Notes: generated from the sequence alone by a model not told the origin. A stretch of DNA of 64,000 nucleotides from the human T2T-CHM13v2.0 reference genome, Homo sapiens (GCF_009914755.1 NC_060942.1); one strand, 5' to 3'; counted from the first letter of the stretch, positions 36,470-47,665 are shown. Numbers and translations are program-made.

Positions 36470-38110
36470 TTATCGTCGGGAGAATCTTCCCTTGTAGTCT
36501 CGAATTGCCTTGGCCATCAGCGGGGCCACTTTCTTGGCAGCCTGTTTTCGGGTTTTGTCCGCGGGCGCCGCGTGCCGGTTGCTGCTGCCGCCGCCGCTCA
36601 CGCTGCCGCCGTCGCCGTCCCCGAGGCCGGAGGGAGCCTGGCTGCTTCCTGCGGGCTTGGGGGCTGGCTCCATCTCTCCATTTCCGGGGTCAGCGGCTCC
36701 TGCAGACTTCTCTTGCCTCCTGGAAGCATCATAAGGCGTCTTGGCCACAGAGTTGAAACAGATCATCTTTGTCTGTCGGCCGCTGGGTTTGTTTTCACGT
36801 GCGGATCGGATTTTCGTGGTCACTACTCGCAGCCGCTGCTCTCGGGCGTCCCGAAGCCGCAGGTACAGCTCCCGCCAAGACTCGTGCTCCTGTGGCTTTT
36901 CTTCCTTGAAGTCCTGGAGGCAATGAATCCTCCATAATTCATCTGTCTCTCGAGCGAGTGCGGCATTGTCTTTCTCTGTGCGGTACAGCTGATCGGGCGT
37001 CCACCCTTCCAGAACGGGTTCAAGAACCGAGTAGGGGACCCCTTCCACGTCGCCGAGGGCGTCCGGATTGTTCCTAGGCACCCGGAGGCACTGCTGGCGC
37101 AGCGTCGGCACCTGGAGCTGGCAGGCAGGCCTGGAGCCCGAGTACACCGGCATCTTAGCGTTCACTCTGCGTCCAGGGAAAGCAGCTTCCTCCTGGAGCG
37201 CTGGCGCGGAGAGTGCTTCTGGGTTTGCCTGGGAGGTCATGGCCTCAAAAGCGGACAGCAGATCGTAGTTGGCCTGCATCCAGGCCTCTGAGGGGTCCCA
37301 GAGCTCCGAGAAGACATGGCTGGGCACCGTTTTCGGCCCGGCGGAATCAGCGCCGGCCGCCTGCAGCCTCTCTGACTGGCTTTCCTGGACAGGAGGCGAT
37401 TTCTGAGCCGAAGCCCCGCGGGACGATTTGTGCCCCTTGCTGTGGCTCCCCACCGCTTCCCCCTGGGGTTGGCCCTGGCAGCCTTGACCCAGCAGAGGCC
37501 CGCCCTGAGCGGCGTGAGCGTGGCCTCTTCCGGGTTGCTCCCCGGGCACAGCGGGCTCAGGGCCCTCGGGCATCGGGAGGGGAGCGGTGCGCGTTGGAGG
37601 GTCCCGATGGGGGCCGGAATCAGCTGGGGCCATTCTGGGGCGCTTTCTCTCGGCTCTGGGCTCGCGACTGGGAGACCTCGGGTGAGGTCTCTGTTGCCCC
37701 GGAGGTGTTCTGCGTGCTGTCCGTCTGTGCTCAGGGCTGTGAGATGGGCTCCTGGGGGCCGTCGCGTTTTCTGGGAAGCCCCAGGCCTTTTCCCGCTCCT
37801 GAAGAGCCTCCCCGAAGCGCTGTCGGGAAGCGCTCTCCTCAGGGTCCTGCGGGTCAGGCCCGGTGTTTCGGTCCACGAGCACCAGCTTCTTCCACCGGGC
37901 CGCTAAGTCTCTGGCAAAGTCGCCCACGTGCTGGTGCTTCCGCAGGCGCTTCACCGTCTTTCTGATTCCAGTCTCCGCCAGGATGTCTGCGGTCATGGGC
38001 AAGGCGGAGAGTTTCTGCAAATATTTCTCTAGCTTTTTCGGCTCCGTCTTAGTGGCCAGACGCACCTGCAGCTTCCCCACTGCGCGCAGCGTAGTGGACC
38101 CTGCCGCCAT
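36470..38110 (-). CDS. ELOA3: Elongin A3, 546 aa, copy 7 (terminal copy, Ser301 instead of Cys301)
   Basis: Intact ORF; EALSAPAL versus EALCAPAL in copies 1-6. Confidence 0.95.
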   Translation of the reverse strand: MAAGSTTLRAVGKLQVRLATKTEPKKLEKYLQKLSALPMTADILAETGIRKTVKRLRKHQHVGDFARDLAARWKKLVLVDRNTGPDPQDPEESASRQRFGEALQEREKAWGFPENATAPRSPSHSPEHRRTARRTPPGQQRPHPRSPSREPRAERKRPRMAPADSGPHRDPPTRTAPLPMPEGPEPAVPGEQPGRGHAHAAQGGPLLGQGCQGQPQGEAVGSHSKGHKSSRGASAQKSPPVQESQSERLQAAGADSAGPKTVPSHVFSELWDPSEAWMQANYDLLSAFEAMTSQANPEALSAPALQEEAAFPGRRVNAKMPVYSGSRPACQLQVPTLRQQCLRVPRNNPDALGDVEGVPYSVLEPVLEGWTPDQLYRTEKDNAALARETDELWRIHCLQDFKEEKPQEHESWRELYLRLRDAREQRLRVVTTKIRSARENKPSGRQTKMICFNSVAKTPYDASRRQEKSAGAADPGNGEMEPAPKPAGSSQAPSGLGDGDGGSVSGGGSSNRHAAPADKTRKQAAKKVAPLMAKAIRDYKGRFSRR

Positions 38111-38775
38111 CTCGCCAGAGCTGTGCAGGCGTCGCTGTCCTCGCGGTCGCGGCTCTGTCCGAGCTCGGGGCGGCGGCACAGGCAGTCTGGGGTGGCCGGT
38201 CCTCGCTGCCCGGTCGCCAGGCGGCGACCTCGGGATGTGGAGTCACAGCCTGGAGCGAGCTGGGTCCTCGGAGCAGCGGGCCACTTGGTCTGGAACGCCG
38301 GTCCTTGCAGACAGCTGAGCAGGCCCGCTTCTGTTCCTCGGGATGTGCGGCCGCAGCCTGGAGTGTGACCTGTGCGGTGCGCCGTCCAAGGCGGAGTGAA
38401 GCTCCGCTGCCAGAGCCCGGCCTTATATAGCCAGCCCCGGGCCCACCCAGGGCTCAAGCCCTGACCCCCCTGGGCCCCTGGGCTGCCCCGCCCCGATAGG
38501 AATTCATTCCGTCAGCCCAACGCAGCCAATCGGGGCGGTCCACGCCAGGTGGACTGCTGTGCCCCGCGGGGTCATTAGGTTAATTGCAGCCTGGACACAC
38601 CCCACTGAGTTCTACCGTTGGCCCTCCATGTACCCAGCTTCCACATCTGTGGATTCCAAAAGACACAGAGAGAATCTTCTTGGGAGTAAAAGCGAAAATA
38701 ACAACACCGCAAGACAGAATCGTAGGAAGAAGAACCAACAGAGGATGACAACTCTTTACCTGGCATTGACGTTGT

Positions 38776-39647
38776 GTGAGGGGACTTGGAAACATTGGTA
38801 GAAAAGTGGGATTAAGGGAGAAAGAGGAAAAAGGCGTATTTTACTCCTCAACCTCGGCTCCATCAGCATCAAGACCCTTCTGGAAGCAGTGTCTTTTCCC
38901 CGCCGTCTAGCCCATCCCTTAAAGCCCCCAGGGTCCTGGGAATTTAACTATTTCCATGCAATCTTTTTTCCATTGTTAACTGAAGAAAACTGGGTGCCCC
39001 TTACAGGTTTTCCAAGACAAGGAAACAAAGAGAAGTCAGCAGGCGCCAAATCAGGATTGTCAGGTGGACGCCTCACGGTTTCCCATGGCAAGTCTTGCCC
39101 AGCTGCCCTTGTTCGAAGAAAGGCATGATCAGGAACACTGTCGTGGTGGAGAAGAAGTCTCTGGTGGGGACCTTCTTCGCTCCAGCTTTGGCTAACTTTC
39201 TGAAAACGCTCTGCTAGCGAGCAGATGTGATCAGGGTTTGGCCCTGCAGAAAGTCAACCAGCAGAATCCCTCTAGCATCTCCCCCCCCCCCCCCCCCCGC
39301 CCCCAACGGTGGCCATGACCTCTGCTCTTGACTGCTCCTCTGCAGCTTCGACTGGAGCACTGCCACCTCTTGGTAGCCATGGCTTCGTGCTTGGTCTTCA
39401 GGATCCTGCCGGTAGAGCCAGGTTTCATCTCCTGTGACCAATCTTGGAAGAAATGCTTCAGGATCTTGCTCCCACCGGTTGTTTAAAATCTCCTCGGAAA
39501 GGCTTGCTCTGGTCTGCAGCTGATATTGGTGCCACGGTTTGGGCAGCGGAGTTCCACTCTTACCTTTCAGTCCGAATGAGGAAAACAGATCCATTTGAAA
39601 TATGTATGTTTTCGGCTTTTGTTTCTGCTGTCGTTGGCAGTTTCGCG
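38776..39647 (-). mobile_element. HSMAR2 fossil (unit 7), containing the array boundary
   Basis: Matches other units (apart from the poly-C tract) up to 39512, then diverges. Confidence 0.85.
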
Positions 39648-40517
39648 TAATTTTTAATTTCTCGTGTGACTTTTTTTGTGTCTCTCTGTCTTTCTTTTTG
39701 TGTGTGTTGTGGTGGGGGCGGGGTGTGTTTCTTCTGCAGAAAGAAAATCATTATGCCCTGAGAATCGGGGAATGGGGATTCGGGTGTTAAGCCTTTTCTT
39801 ATAAGTACCCTTCCACAGTTTGTAGAAAAATAGGTAAATTTGCTGTGTTTCCAGACTTCCAGCTACTTCTCCAGGAGAATCGTAGTGTAATACTGGCAAT
39901 TCTTCAGAGCTAGAATGAGGATTATTTTAGTAGAGATGGGATCTTTTTCATATTGGTCGTCCTGGTCTTTAACTCCTTACCTTATGTGATCCACCCACCT
40001 CGGCCTCCCAAAGTGCTGAGGTAGGGCCTTGAGCCTCCCCACCTGGACTTTTTTGAGTTTTATATGGTTACTGGCAGTGTCACATCCCTTTTCCCAGAAA
40101 GAATGCTTTCTTGTCTTCCTGAAATGCAGTATCCCTTTGTCTCCATCCTGGCTTTTTTCCTGTGTGTGTGTGTATCATATCTGGCATACGTTCCTTTGAT
40201 TACCAGCCCGTGTGAGGCCAACAAATGCCCTGCTTTATAATGAAAAGTTTTAAGAAAGCTAGCAGACGTCCGTGTGATCTGAACTCAAGGTAGTTAACCC
40301 GGTCCTTTCATGGTAATTAGAAAATCTGATTGGCCTCTTTAGACTTCTTGATTCAGAACCTAAATAAGCTGATTAATGTGTCACCATTCTTTCATAGGGG
40401 TTCTGGGTGAAAAGTTTGGGAATGATTCTATGTGTTACTTAGGGAAACTATTTTGGCTTAACGCATGTACCAGTGATTACCATTCACTTATGAAATCCGA
40501 TAGTTCCTTTTTTCTAA

Positions 40518-40682
<165 letters not shown>

Positions 40683-41273
40683 TAGTTTTGATATCTTTTG
40701 CAGAGACGGGGTTTTCCTATTTTGCCCAGGCTGTTCTTCACCTACTAGGCTCAAGCGAACTGCTTTCCTCCACCTCCCAAAGGAGGATGGCTCACGATTA
40801 CAAGATCATGCTCAGCCTTTTATTAAAACAACAACAACGGCAGCAACAGCAAACATTTTATGTATTCGGAGTTATCAGTGTCAACTAATGGCTTGTGTGT
40901 TTTTGTCTAAGAAGTTCTTATCTACTTGATTTCGAAAAAAAAAAGAAAGGAAAAAGGAAATCTCACATCTTTTTCCTTATTTATGATTACAACTAGGGTG
41001 TTTTTAAAAATTATCAGTGAACATCCAAAATAGAATTGTTCCCAATGCGTTCATATCTTCTGAATTCTGAGGTGTTCTCCAAGCTGGGAGGTAGTGGCTG
41101 GGTGTGGGAGGCAAAATCACAGGGCCAGCACATGACACCTGCAGAATTCAAAGGCTCAACTTTGCACCAAGTTAAAGGTTCTGGTGTCCATTGGAAGTTT
41201 CGTTCCCCAACCCGCATTGACTTTGCCAATGCAAAAATCCCCCCAGATTTTATCTGCAAGGCAAGTCCTGAGT

Positions 41274-43535
41274 TTATCGTCGGGAGAATCTTCTCTTGTA
41301 GTCTCGAATTGCCTTGGCCATCAGCGGGGCCACTTTCTTGGCAGCCTGTTTCCGGGTTTTGGCCGCGGGCGCCGCGTGCTCATTGCTGCTGCTCAGGCAG
41401 GGGTTGGCCCGCTTCTCAGGGAGCCAGCGAAGGATGCTGCTGCTGCTGTCTCTGCCACCGCCGCTGCTGCTCTGGCTGGAGGGAGTGTGGCTGCTTCCCG
41501 CGGGCTTGGAGGCTGGCTTGATCTCCCCATTTTCGGGGTCAGCGTCTCCTGCAGACTTCTCTTGCCTCCTTGAAGTATCATAAGGCGTCTTGGCCACAGA
41601 TTTGAAACAGATCATCTTTGCCTCTCTGCCGTTGGGGTTGTTTCCACGTGCAGATCGGATATTCGTTGTCATTACTCTCAGCCGCTGCTCTGGGGCGTCC
41701 GGAAGCCGCAGGTACTGCTCCCTCCAAGTTTTGTTTTCCTGTGGCTTTTCTTCCTTGAAGTCCTGGAAACAATGATTCCTCCGTAATTCGTCTGTCTCTC
41801 TAACGAGTGCGTGATTGTCTTTCTTTCTGCGATACAGCTGATCGGGCCTCCACCCTTCCAGAACAGGTTCAAGAACCCAGTAGGGGACCTCTCCCACGTC
41901 GCTGAGGGCGTCCGGATTGTTTCTAAGCACCTGGGCACACTGCTGGCGCAGCGTCGGCACCTGGAGCTGGCAGGCAGGCCTGGAGCCCGAGTACACCGGC
42001 ATCTTAGCATTCACTCTGCGTCCAGGGAAAGCAGCTTCCTCCCGGAACTTTGGTGAAGAGAGTGCTTCTGGCTTTGCCTGGGAGGTCATGGAGTCAGAAT
42101 CCGAAAGCGGATCGTAGTTGGCCTGCATCCAGGCCTCTGAGAGGTCCCAGAGCTCTGAGAAGACATGGCTGGGCACCGTTTTCGGCCCGGCGGAATCAGC
42201 GCCGGCCGCCTGCAGCCTCTCTGACTGGCTTTCCTGGACAGGAGGCAATTTCTTAGCCGAATCCCAGGACTCACGAGTGCCCTTGGATTCGTTTGCTTTC
42301 CTTTGTTTATCTCCAAGTGCAGTGGTGGCAGATTTTCCAGTCTTTTTCTTTTGCTTCCGCAACTGATCGTAGGTGAGGTATTTTTCACATGACAGAGTGG
42401 GCTGCTCGAATTCCTCAGCCATATCTACCTCCTCCACCTCAGAGAGGGAGCTCACGGACGTTCTGTCCAAATGAGCAGTCGGTGGCTTCCCCTCTTGAGT
42501 CTCTCGGTCGTTGGAAAGCTGCTCTTTCTCCTCGGGCGACAGGCCGTGTGTCCCATTTCCTGGGTCCCGGCCGTCTAGACTGGGCCTCTTCTTGTTCGAG
42601 TGACTGTGCTGAGGCCTCTTCTGGTGACTGTCTGGAGCCTCCTCCAAGGCAGGGACACGCTGGCCGCTGCCAGCTTGCCCCCCTTCCTTGTCTGTCTTGA
42701 AGTCCGAAGGCTGCCTGTCCCTGGCACTTGCCCAGGAGGGCATCCTTGGGGTTTCCTCTCTTAAGCAGGCCCCGCATGATTTCTCCCTGATCAAAGTAGG
42801 GGAGTGCCAATCTCCCTGGGCACACAAGGGGCGTTTTTCCTGGCGAGACGATTTGTGCCCCTTGCTGTGGCTCACAACGGCTTTCCCCTGGGGTTGGCCC
42901 TGGCAGCCTGGACACAGCAGAGGCCCGCCCTGAGCCGCGTGAGTGTGGCCTCTTCCGGGTTGCTTCCCGGGCGCAGCGGGCTCAGGGCCCTCGGGCATCC
43001 GGAGGGGAGCTGTGCGCGTTGGAGAGGCCCGATAGCGGCCGGAATCAGCTGGGGCTATTCTGGGGCACTTTCTCTCAGCTCTGGGCTCGCGACTGTGAGA
43101 CCTCGGGTGAGGTCTCTGTTGCCCCGGAGGTGTTCTGCGTGCTGTCCGTCTGTGCTCAGGGCTGTGAGATGGGCTCCTGGGGGCCGTCGCGTTTTCTGGG
43201 AAGCCCCAGGCCTTTTCCTGGTCCTGAAGAGCCTCCCCGAAGCGCTGTCGGGAAGCGCTCTCCTCAGGGTCCTGTGGGCCAGGCCGGGTGTTTCGGTCCA
43301 CGAGCACCAGCTTCTTCCACCGGGCCGCTAAGTCTCTGGCAAAGTCGCCCACGTGCTGGTGCTTCCGCAGGCGCTTCACCGTCTTTCTGATTCCAGTCTC
43401 CGCCAGGATGTCTGCCGTCATGGGCAAGGCGGAGAGTTTCTGCAAATATTTCTCTAGCTTTTTCGGCTCCGTCTTAGTGGCCAGACGCACCTGCAGCTTC
43501 TCCACTGCGTGCAGCGTAGTGGACCCTGCCGCCAT
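41274..43535 (-). CDS. ELOA2: Elongin A2 (TCEB3B), 753 aa, intronless
   Basis: First in-frame ATG (CAT 43533-43535) gives MAAGSTTLHAVEKLQVRL...YKRRFSRR, 753 aa; TFIIS-N-like domain, BC-box TLRQQCAQVL, long central region absent from ELOA3. Confidence 0.96.
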   Translation of the reverse strand: MAAGSTTLHAVEKLQVRLATKTEPKKLEKYLQKLSALPMTADILAETGIRKTVKRLRKHQHVGDFARDLAARWKKLVLVDRNTRPGPQDPEESASRQRFGEALQDQEKAWGFPENATAPRSPSHSPEHRRTARRTPPGQQRPHPRSHSREPRAERKCPRIAPADSGRYRASPTRTAPLRMPEGPEPAAPGKQPGRGHTHAAQGGPLLCPGCQGQPQGKAVVSHSKGHKSSRQEKRPLCAQGDWHSPTLIREKSCGACLREETPRMPSWASARDRQPSDFKTDKEGGQAGSGQRVPALEEAPDSHQKRPQHSHSNKKRPSLDGRDPGNGTHGLSPEEKEQLSNDRETQEGKPPTAHLDRTSVSSLSEVEEVDMAEEFEQPTLSCEKYLTYDQLRKQKKKTGKSATTALGDKQRKANESKGTRESWDSAKKLPPVQESQSERLQAAGADSAGPKTVPSHVFSELWDLSEAWMQANYDPLSDSDSMTSQAKPEALSSPKFREEAAFPGRRVNAKMPVYSGSRPACQLQVPTLRQQCAQVLRNNPDALSDVGEVPYWVLEPVLEGWRPDQLYRRKKDNHALVRETDELRRNHCFQDFKEEKPQENKTWREQYLRLPDAPEQRLRVMTTNIRSARGNNPNGREAKMICFKSVAKTPYDTSRRQEKSAGDADPENGEIKPASKPAGSSHTPSSQSSSGGGRDSSSSILRWLPEKRANPCLSSSNEHAAPAAKTRKQAAKKVAPLMAKAIRDYKRRFSRR

Positions 43536-43841
43536 CTCACCAGAGCTGTGCAGGCGTCGCTGTCCCGGCGGTCGCAGCTCTGTCTTTGGGGCTGCGGGAC
43601 AGGAAGTCTGGGGTGGCCGGTCCTCGCTGCCCGGTCGCCAGGCAGCGACCTCGGGATGTGGAGTCACAGCCTGGAGCGAGCTGGGTCCTCGGAGCAGCAG
43701 GCCACTTGGTCTGGAACGGCCGTCCTTGCAGACAGCTGAGCAGGCCCGCTTTTGTTCCTCGGGATGTGGAGCCACAGCCTGGAGTGACCTCTGCAGTTTG
43801 CTGTGCAACAAAGAATGAAGCTCTGGTGCCAGAGCTGGGCC

Positions 43842-44002
43842 TTATGTAGCCCATCCCAGGCTGACACTCACGGCTCTAGCCCTGACCCTCTTAGCTCTTG
43901 GGCTGCCCCGCCCCCATACGTACTCATGCCGTCAGCACAATGCAGACAATCGGGACGGTCCACGCCAGGTGGACTGCTGTGCCCCAGAGGTTGATTAGGT
44001 TA
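43842..44002 (-). promoter_or_regulatory. ELOA2 proximal promoter homolog: degenerate TATA and CCAAT, intact GC box, exact DUX4-type motif
   Basis: TACATAA on minus (43842-43848), CCCCGCCCC ~43906, ACAAT 43946-43950, TAACCTAATCA on minus (43992-44002). Confidence 0.55.
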
Positions 44003-44192
44003 ATTTCAGCCTCGACACACCCCACTGAGTTTTACCGTTGACCTTCCATGTTCGCAGGTTCCACATCTGTGAATTCCAAAAAACACAGACTGAATCTTCT
44101 TGGGAGTAAAACAGAAAATAACACAGCAAGACAAAATCATAGAAAGAAGAACCAATACAGGATAACAACTCTTTGCCTAGGACTGATGTTGT

Positions 44193-45012
44193 GTGAGGGG
44201 ACTTCCCAAATTTGTCAAAACAGGGATTAAAAGACAAAAATAAAACCGGTAGATTTTATTTCTTAACATCTGCTCCATCAATTTCGAGACAGTAGTTCGA
44301 GCACTGTCTTGACCCCGCCTTGTCCCTCAAGCCCTGATGTTTCTGGGAATTTAACTATTTCCAAGAAATCTTTTTTCCATTATTAACTGAAGAAAACTGG
44401 GTGCCGTTTGCAGAATTTTTAATACGAGGAAATAAATAGAAGTCAGCAGGTTCCACATCATGACTGCAAGGTGGACGCCTCATGATCTCCTTTTGAAACT
44501 CTTGCCAAACTGCCCTTTGTTCAGTGAAATGCTACAGCAAGAACTTTTTCATGATTAGGTAGAACTCTCTGGTAATGGTTTTTCTGCTCATGCTTTGGCT
44601 AGTTTTCTCAAAAACTCTGTTAGTAAGCATATTTGATCTTGGTTTGGCCCTTCAAAAAGTCTTTTAGTCATATCTTTTGAGCATTCCCCAAAACTGTTGC
44701 CATGACCTCTTCTCTTGACTGGTCCTCTCTGTCTTTGACTGGAGTGCTGCCACCTTTTGGTAGCCTTTGTTTTGTGCTCTTTCTTCAGGACTATCCAGTG
44801 TAGCCATGTTTTATCCCCGCTTACAAATCTTGGAATAAATATTTCTGGATCTTCTTCCACCTGTTTTAAAACTTTAAAGAAATTTTTACTCTTGTCTCTA
44901 GCTATTATTGTTGAAACAGATTTGGTATCTGGATCGGACTTTAATTTTCAGTGACAATTATTAAAACAGGATCATTTGAAATATCTATGGTTTTTTCTCT
45001 TATTTCTGTTGT
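44193..45012 (-). mobile_element. HSMAR2 fossil upstream of ELOA2 (AT-richer, more decayed)
   Basis: Translation EEDPEIFIPRFVSGDKTWL and LRKLAKA; colinear with the unit element. Confidence 0.8.
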
Positions 45013-46121
45013 TACTTATTTACCCTCTCAAATTAGGGAACACTTGGTCCTATGTTTCTGAGCATAGTTGACCAATTCTGACATTGTATTAAATTCAATA
45101 AATGTCTTTTCTGGATCTGTAGACACTTCTTTTGATATTTCTAGCATTTTTTTGGGTTGTACAGCATTTGAAAGTTAGGAAGTTTCCTGGCAGAGCCAGG
45201 AGATAGTCAGGAAACAAACAAGAAACAAATTAGAACCTACAGGTATATATATTCAACCTTTTAGGGGAATATTAGATGCAGGGACTGTAAAACAGAAGTA
45301 TAGTAAAGACATTTGAAAGAAGTGATGTATGCTTTTTAACTGTTTGTTTTTGAGATTGAAAGCTTAATGCAAAATTTGGATCTTATTACTGAAATTGAAA
45401 CGAGCTCATGCAAATTAATCTCCATTGCACCCGTAAAAAGGAAATTAAAAGCACTAATGTTGCATGTGGTGTATATACAGTAACATTTCCTAAATATCTT
45501 CTGGGTCTAAAACTGGGAATGATATTCAATGCTTCCTTTTCCTCAGGCTATGGTATCATAGGATTCAATTTTGAATTTGATAATGGAGGTATATTTGTGG
45601 CACAATAGCCCACAAAGGAAATGAAAGAAAACAAAAACAGCCAGATTATTGAAACATGCAAATGAGACACCTAGATTAGATGTTCACTTCTGGGCCTCCT
45701 TTCTTTGTACACAGAAATTAATGAGCATGTAATTGTGTCCATTTCAGGGGCACACCATCTCTTACAGTTTAAATGGATCCTTTTTGCGGGGAATGGCTCA
45801 TTCTTAGTTTTTTTTAATTCAGAAGATAATTTTCTAGGTTAATTTGAATGGCCTGGGCAGAAAGATGTAGATCTGGCCAACTTTATACCTTTAATTAAGA
45901 AATTTGTAAGACTGCATTCTGTGTTTTCAGTAACAGAAGCTCATCTTAAATATTTAACACTACATTTGGAATAGTGTTTTTAAAACTCTCTTTTCCTGCT
46001 TTACTCTTACTGAATTCTGAATTTTTATCACTCTTACCACAAAATAAAAATCACATTATTATTTTAAGACCTGGTCACCACAAGTAAAAGCTGCTTCACA
46101 GTCCACATAGTAGGAAAGCCA

Positions 46122-46256
<135 letters not shown>

Positions 46257-46789
46257 TGAAAAGCCATTTTTGATGCAGCCTCATTACCAGACAGAGTTCT
46301 AAAGGACTCAGCCAATCCCCATTATAGACATCGACTCTTTTGCAAACTGTGATTCTAATAAAAAAAAAGTGGAAATTCTTTTGATTGGAGTTGAAGTACC
46401 TGCCATTTTGCAGAAATGTAATGAAAACCCTGAGTAAGCCTGTCTTTTAGGCTATTCTTTCAAAAGTATGATCAACATTGCTCAGATTTGTTTAGGATTA
46501 AGAATTAGACCTCTGTCTCAAGAATTAGAGCTTTTGCTTTCTTATTTATCCTGATTAACTGTGTTAATTAGGTCAGTGGTTCACTGTTTAAATGACTCTC
46601 CAGGGATTCTAAAAAGGAGTTTGAAGGAAATAATTCTGACAAATGTTCCAACTTGCTTTTATTAGGGTTGCTATGAAACTCACTATCCTACCTGTGGGTA
46701 GTAGAAAATAAACTGTATTTTTCTGCCTCTGTGTATGTGCATGTATGTGCACACATGGAGTATTTCTATAATATAGTGTAATTGATCCT

Positions 46790-46960
46790 CTAGAGTATAA
46801 ATTGCTGAGTGATATTGCTGGGTCGACAGGTATGCGCATTTTTCTCTTTGATAGATTTTGTCAATTTGCTCTGCAAAAGGGTTGTACCAACTTACATTCC
46901 CACCAATTGTATCTGAAATACAATATTCTTTCAATACCTTACCAAATCTGGATGTAAAAA
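46790..46960 (-). mobile_element. Old L1 (L1M) fragment
   Basis: ATTGCTGGGTC...GGTTGTACCAACTTACATTCCCACCA resembles antisense L1 ORF2 3' sequence. Confidence 0.6.
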
Positions 46961-47504
46961 TGTAAAAAATAGCTGCACTTTAAAAAATTTGAGAGTCTTA
47001 TTGAAAGAAGCTTATTTTTGTACCAAAAAACTGAAGAAGTATAGACAATAGTTAAGGTGGTTTCTTCAACTTGTATATATATTGCAAATTATTATAAAAC
47101 CCACAAGAAAAACTGCAAAGAGAAATGTCTGCTGTAAATGAATATGTGAAGATTCTGAACACAGAAATGCCTGTATTACTCTTCTGTTCAGTAAGTCTAC
47201 TCCTGTAGTCACACTGATAGAGCAAGGCTGGGTAGTAATAAAGTGTCATTGCTACACTCCAAAGCAGAAACAGGCTCTGTCTGGGGGCTGAAAAAGCAGG
47301 CCCTCATGGTGCTGTGTGTGATAACCAGTTCTTTTACCCCCATCATTTCCATCTTGAATAGCTTCAAAATATTGCATATAATGATTTATATTTTCAGTTA
47401 GACTATTTATTTTATATATCAAGCCACAATTTTACTTAAATTATTTACATTTATTTAAGCCTTCTTTTCTCTGCCCCTCTCCCACATTTTGCATTTTAAA
47501 ATAT

Positions 47505-47665
47505 CTTTATTCATATACCTTACAACTCACCATTTAAAATGTACAATTCCATGGCTTTCAAGATATTCACAGAGATATACTTCCATTGCCTTGATCAATT
47601 TTAGAACCTTTTCATTAGCCCAAAGAGAAATTCTGTACCCTTTACCTGCCATCCCCTCCACCCAC
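47505..47665 (-). mobile_element. Old L1 3' end fragment (L1MB-like)
   Basis: CACCATTTAAAATGTACAATTC...AATTTTAGAAC...CCCAAAGAGAAA. Confidence 0.6.
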
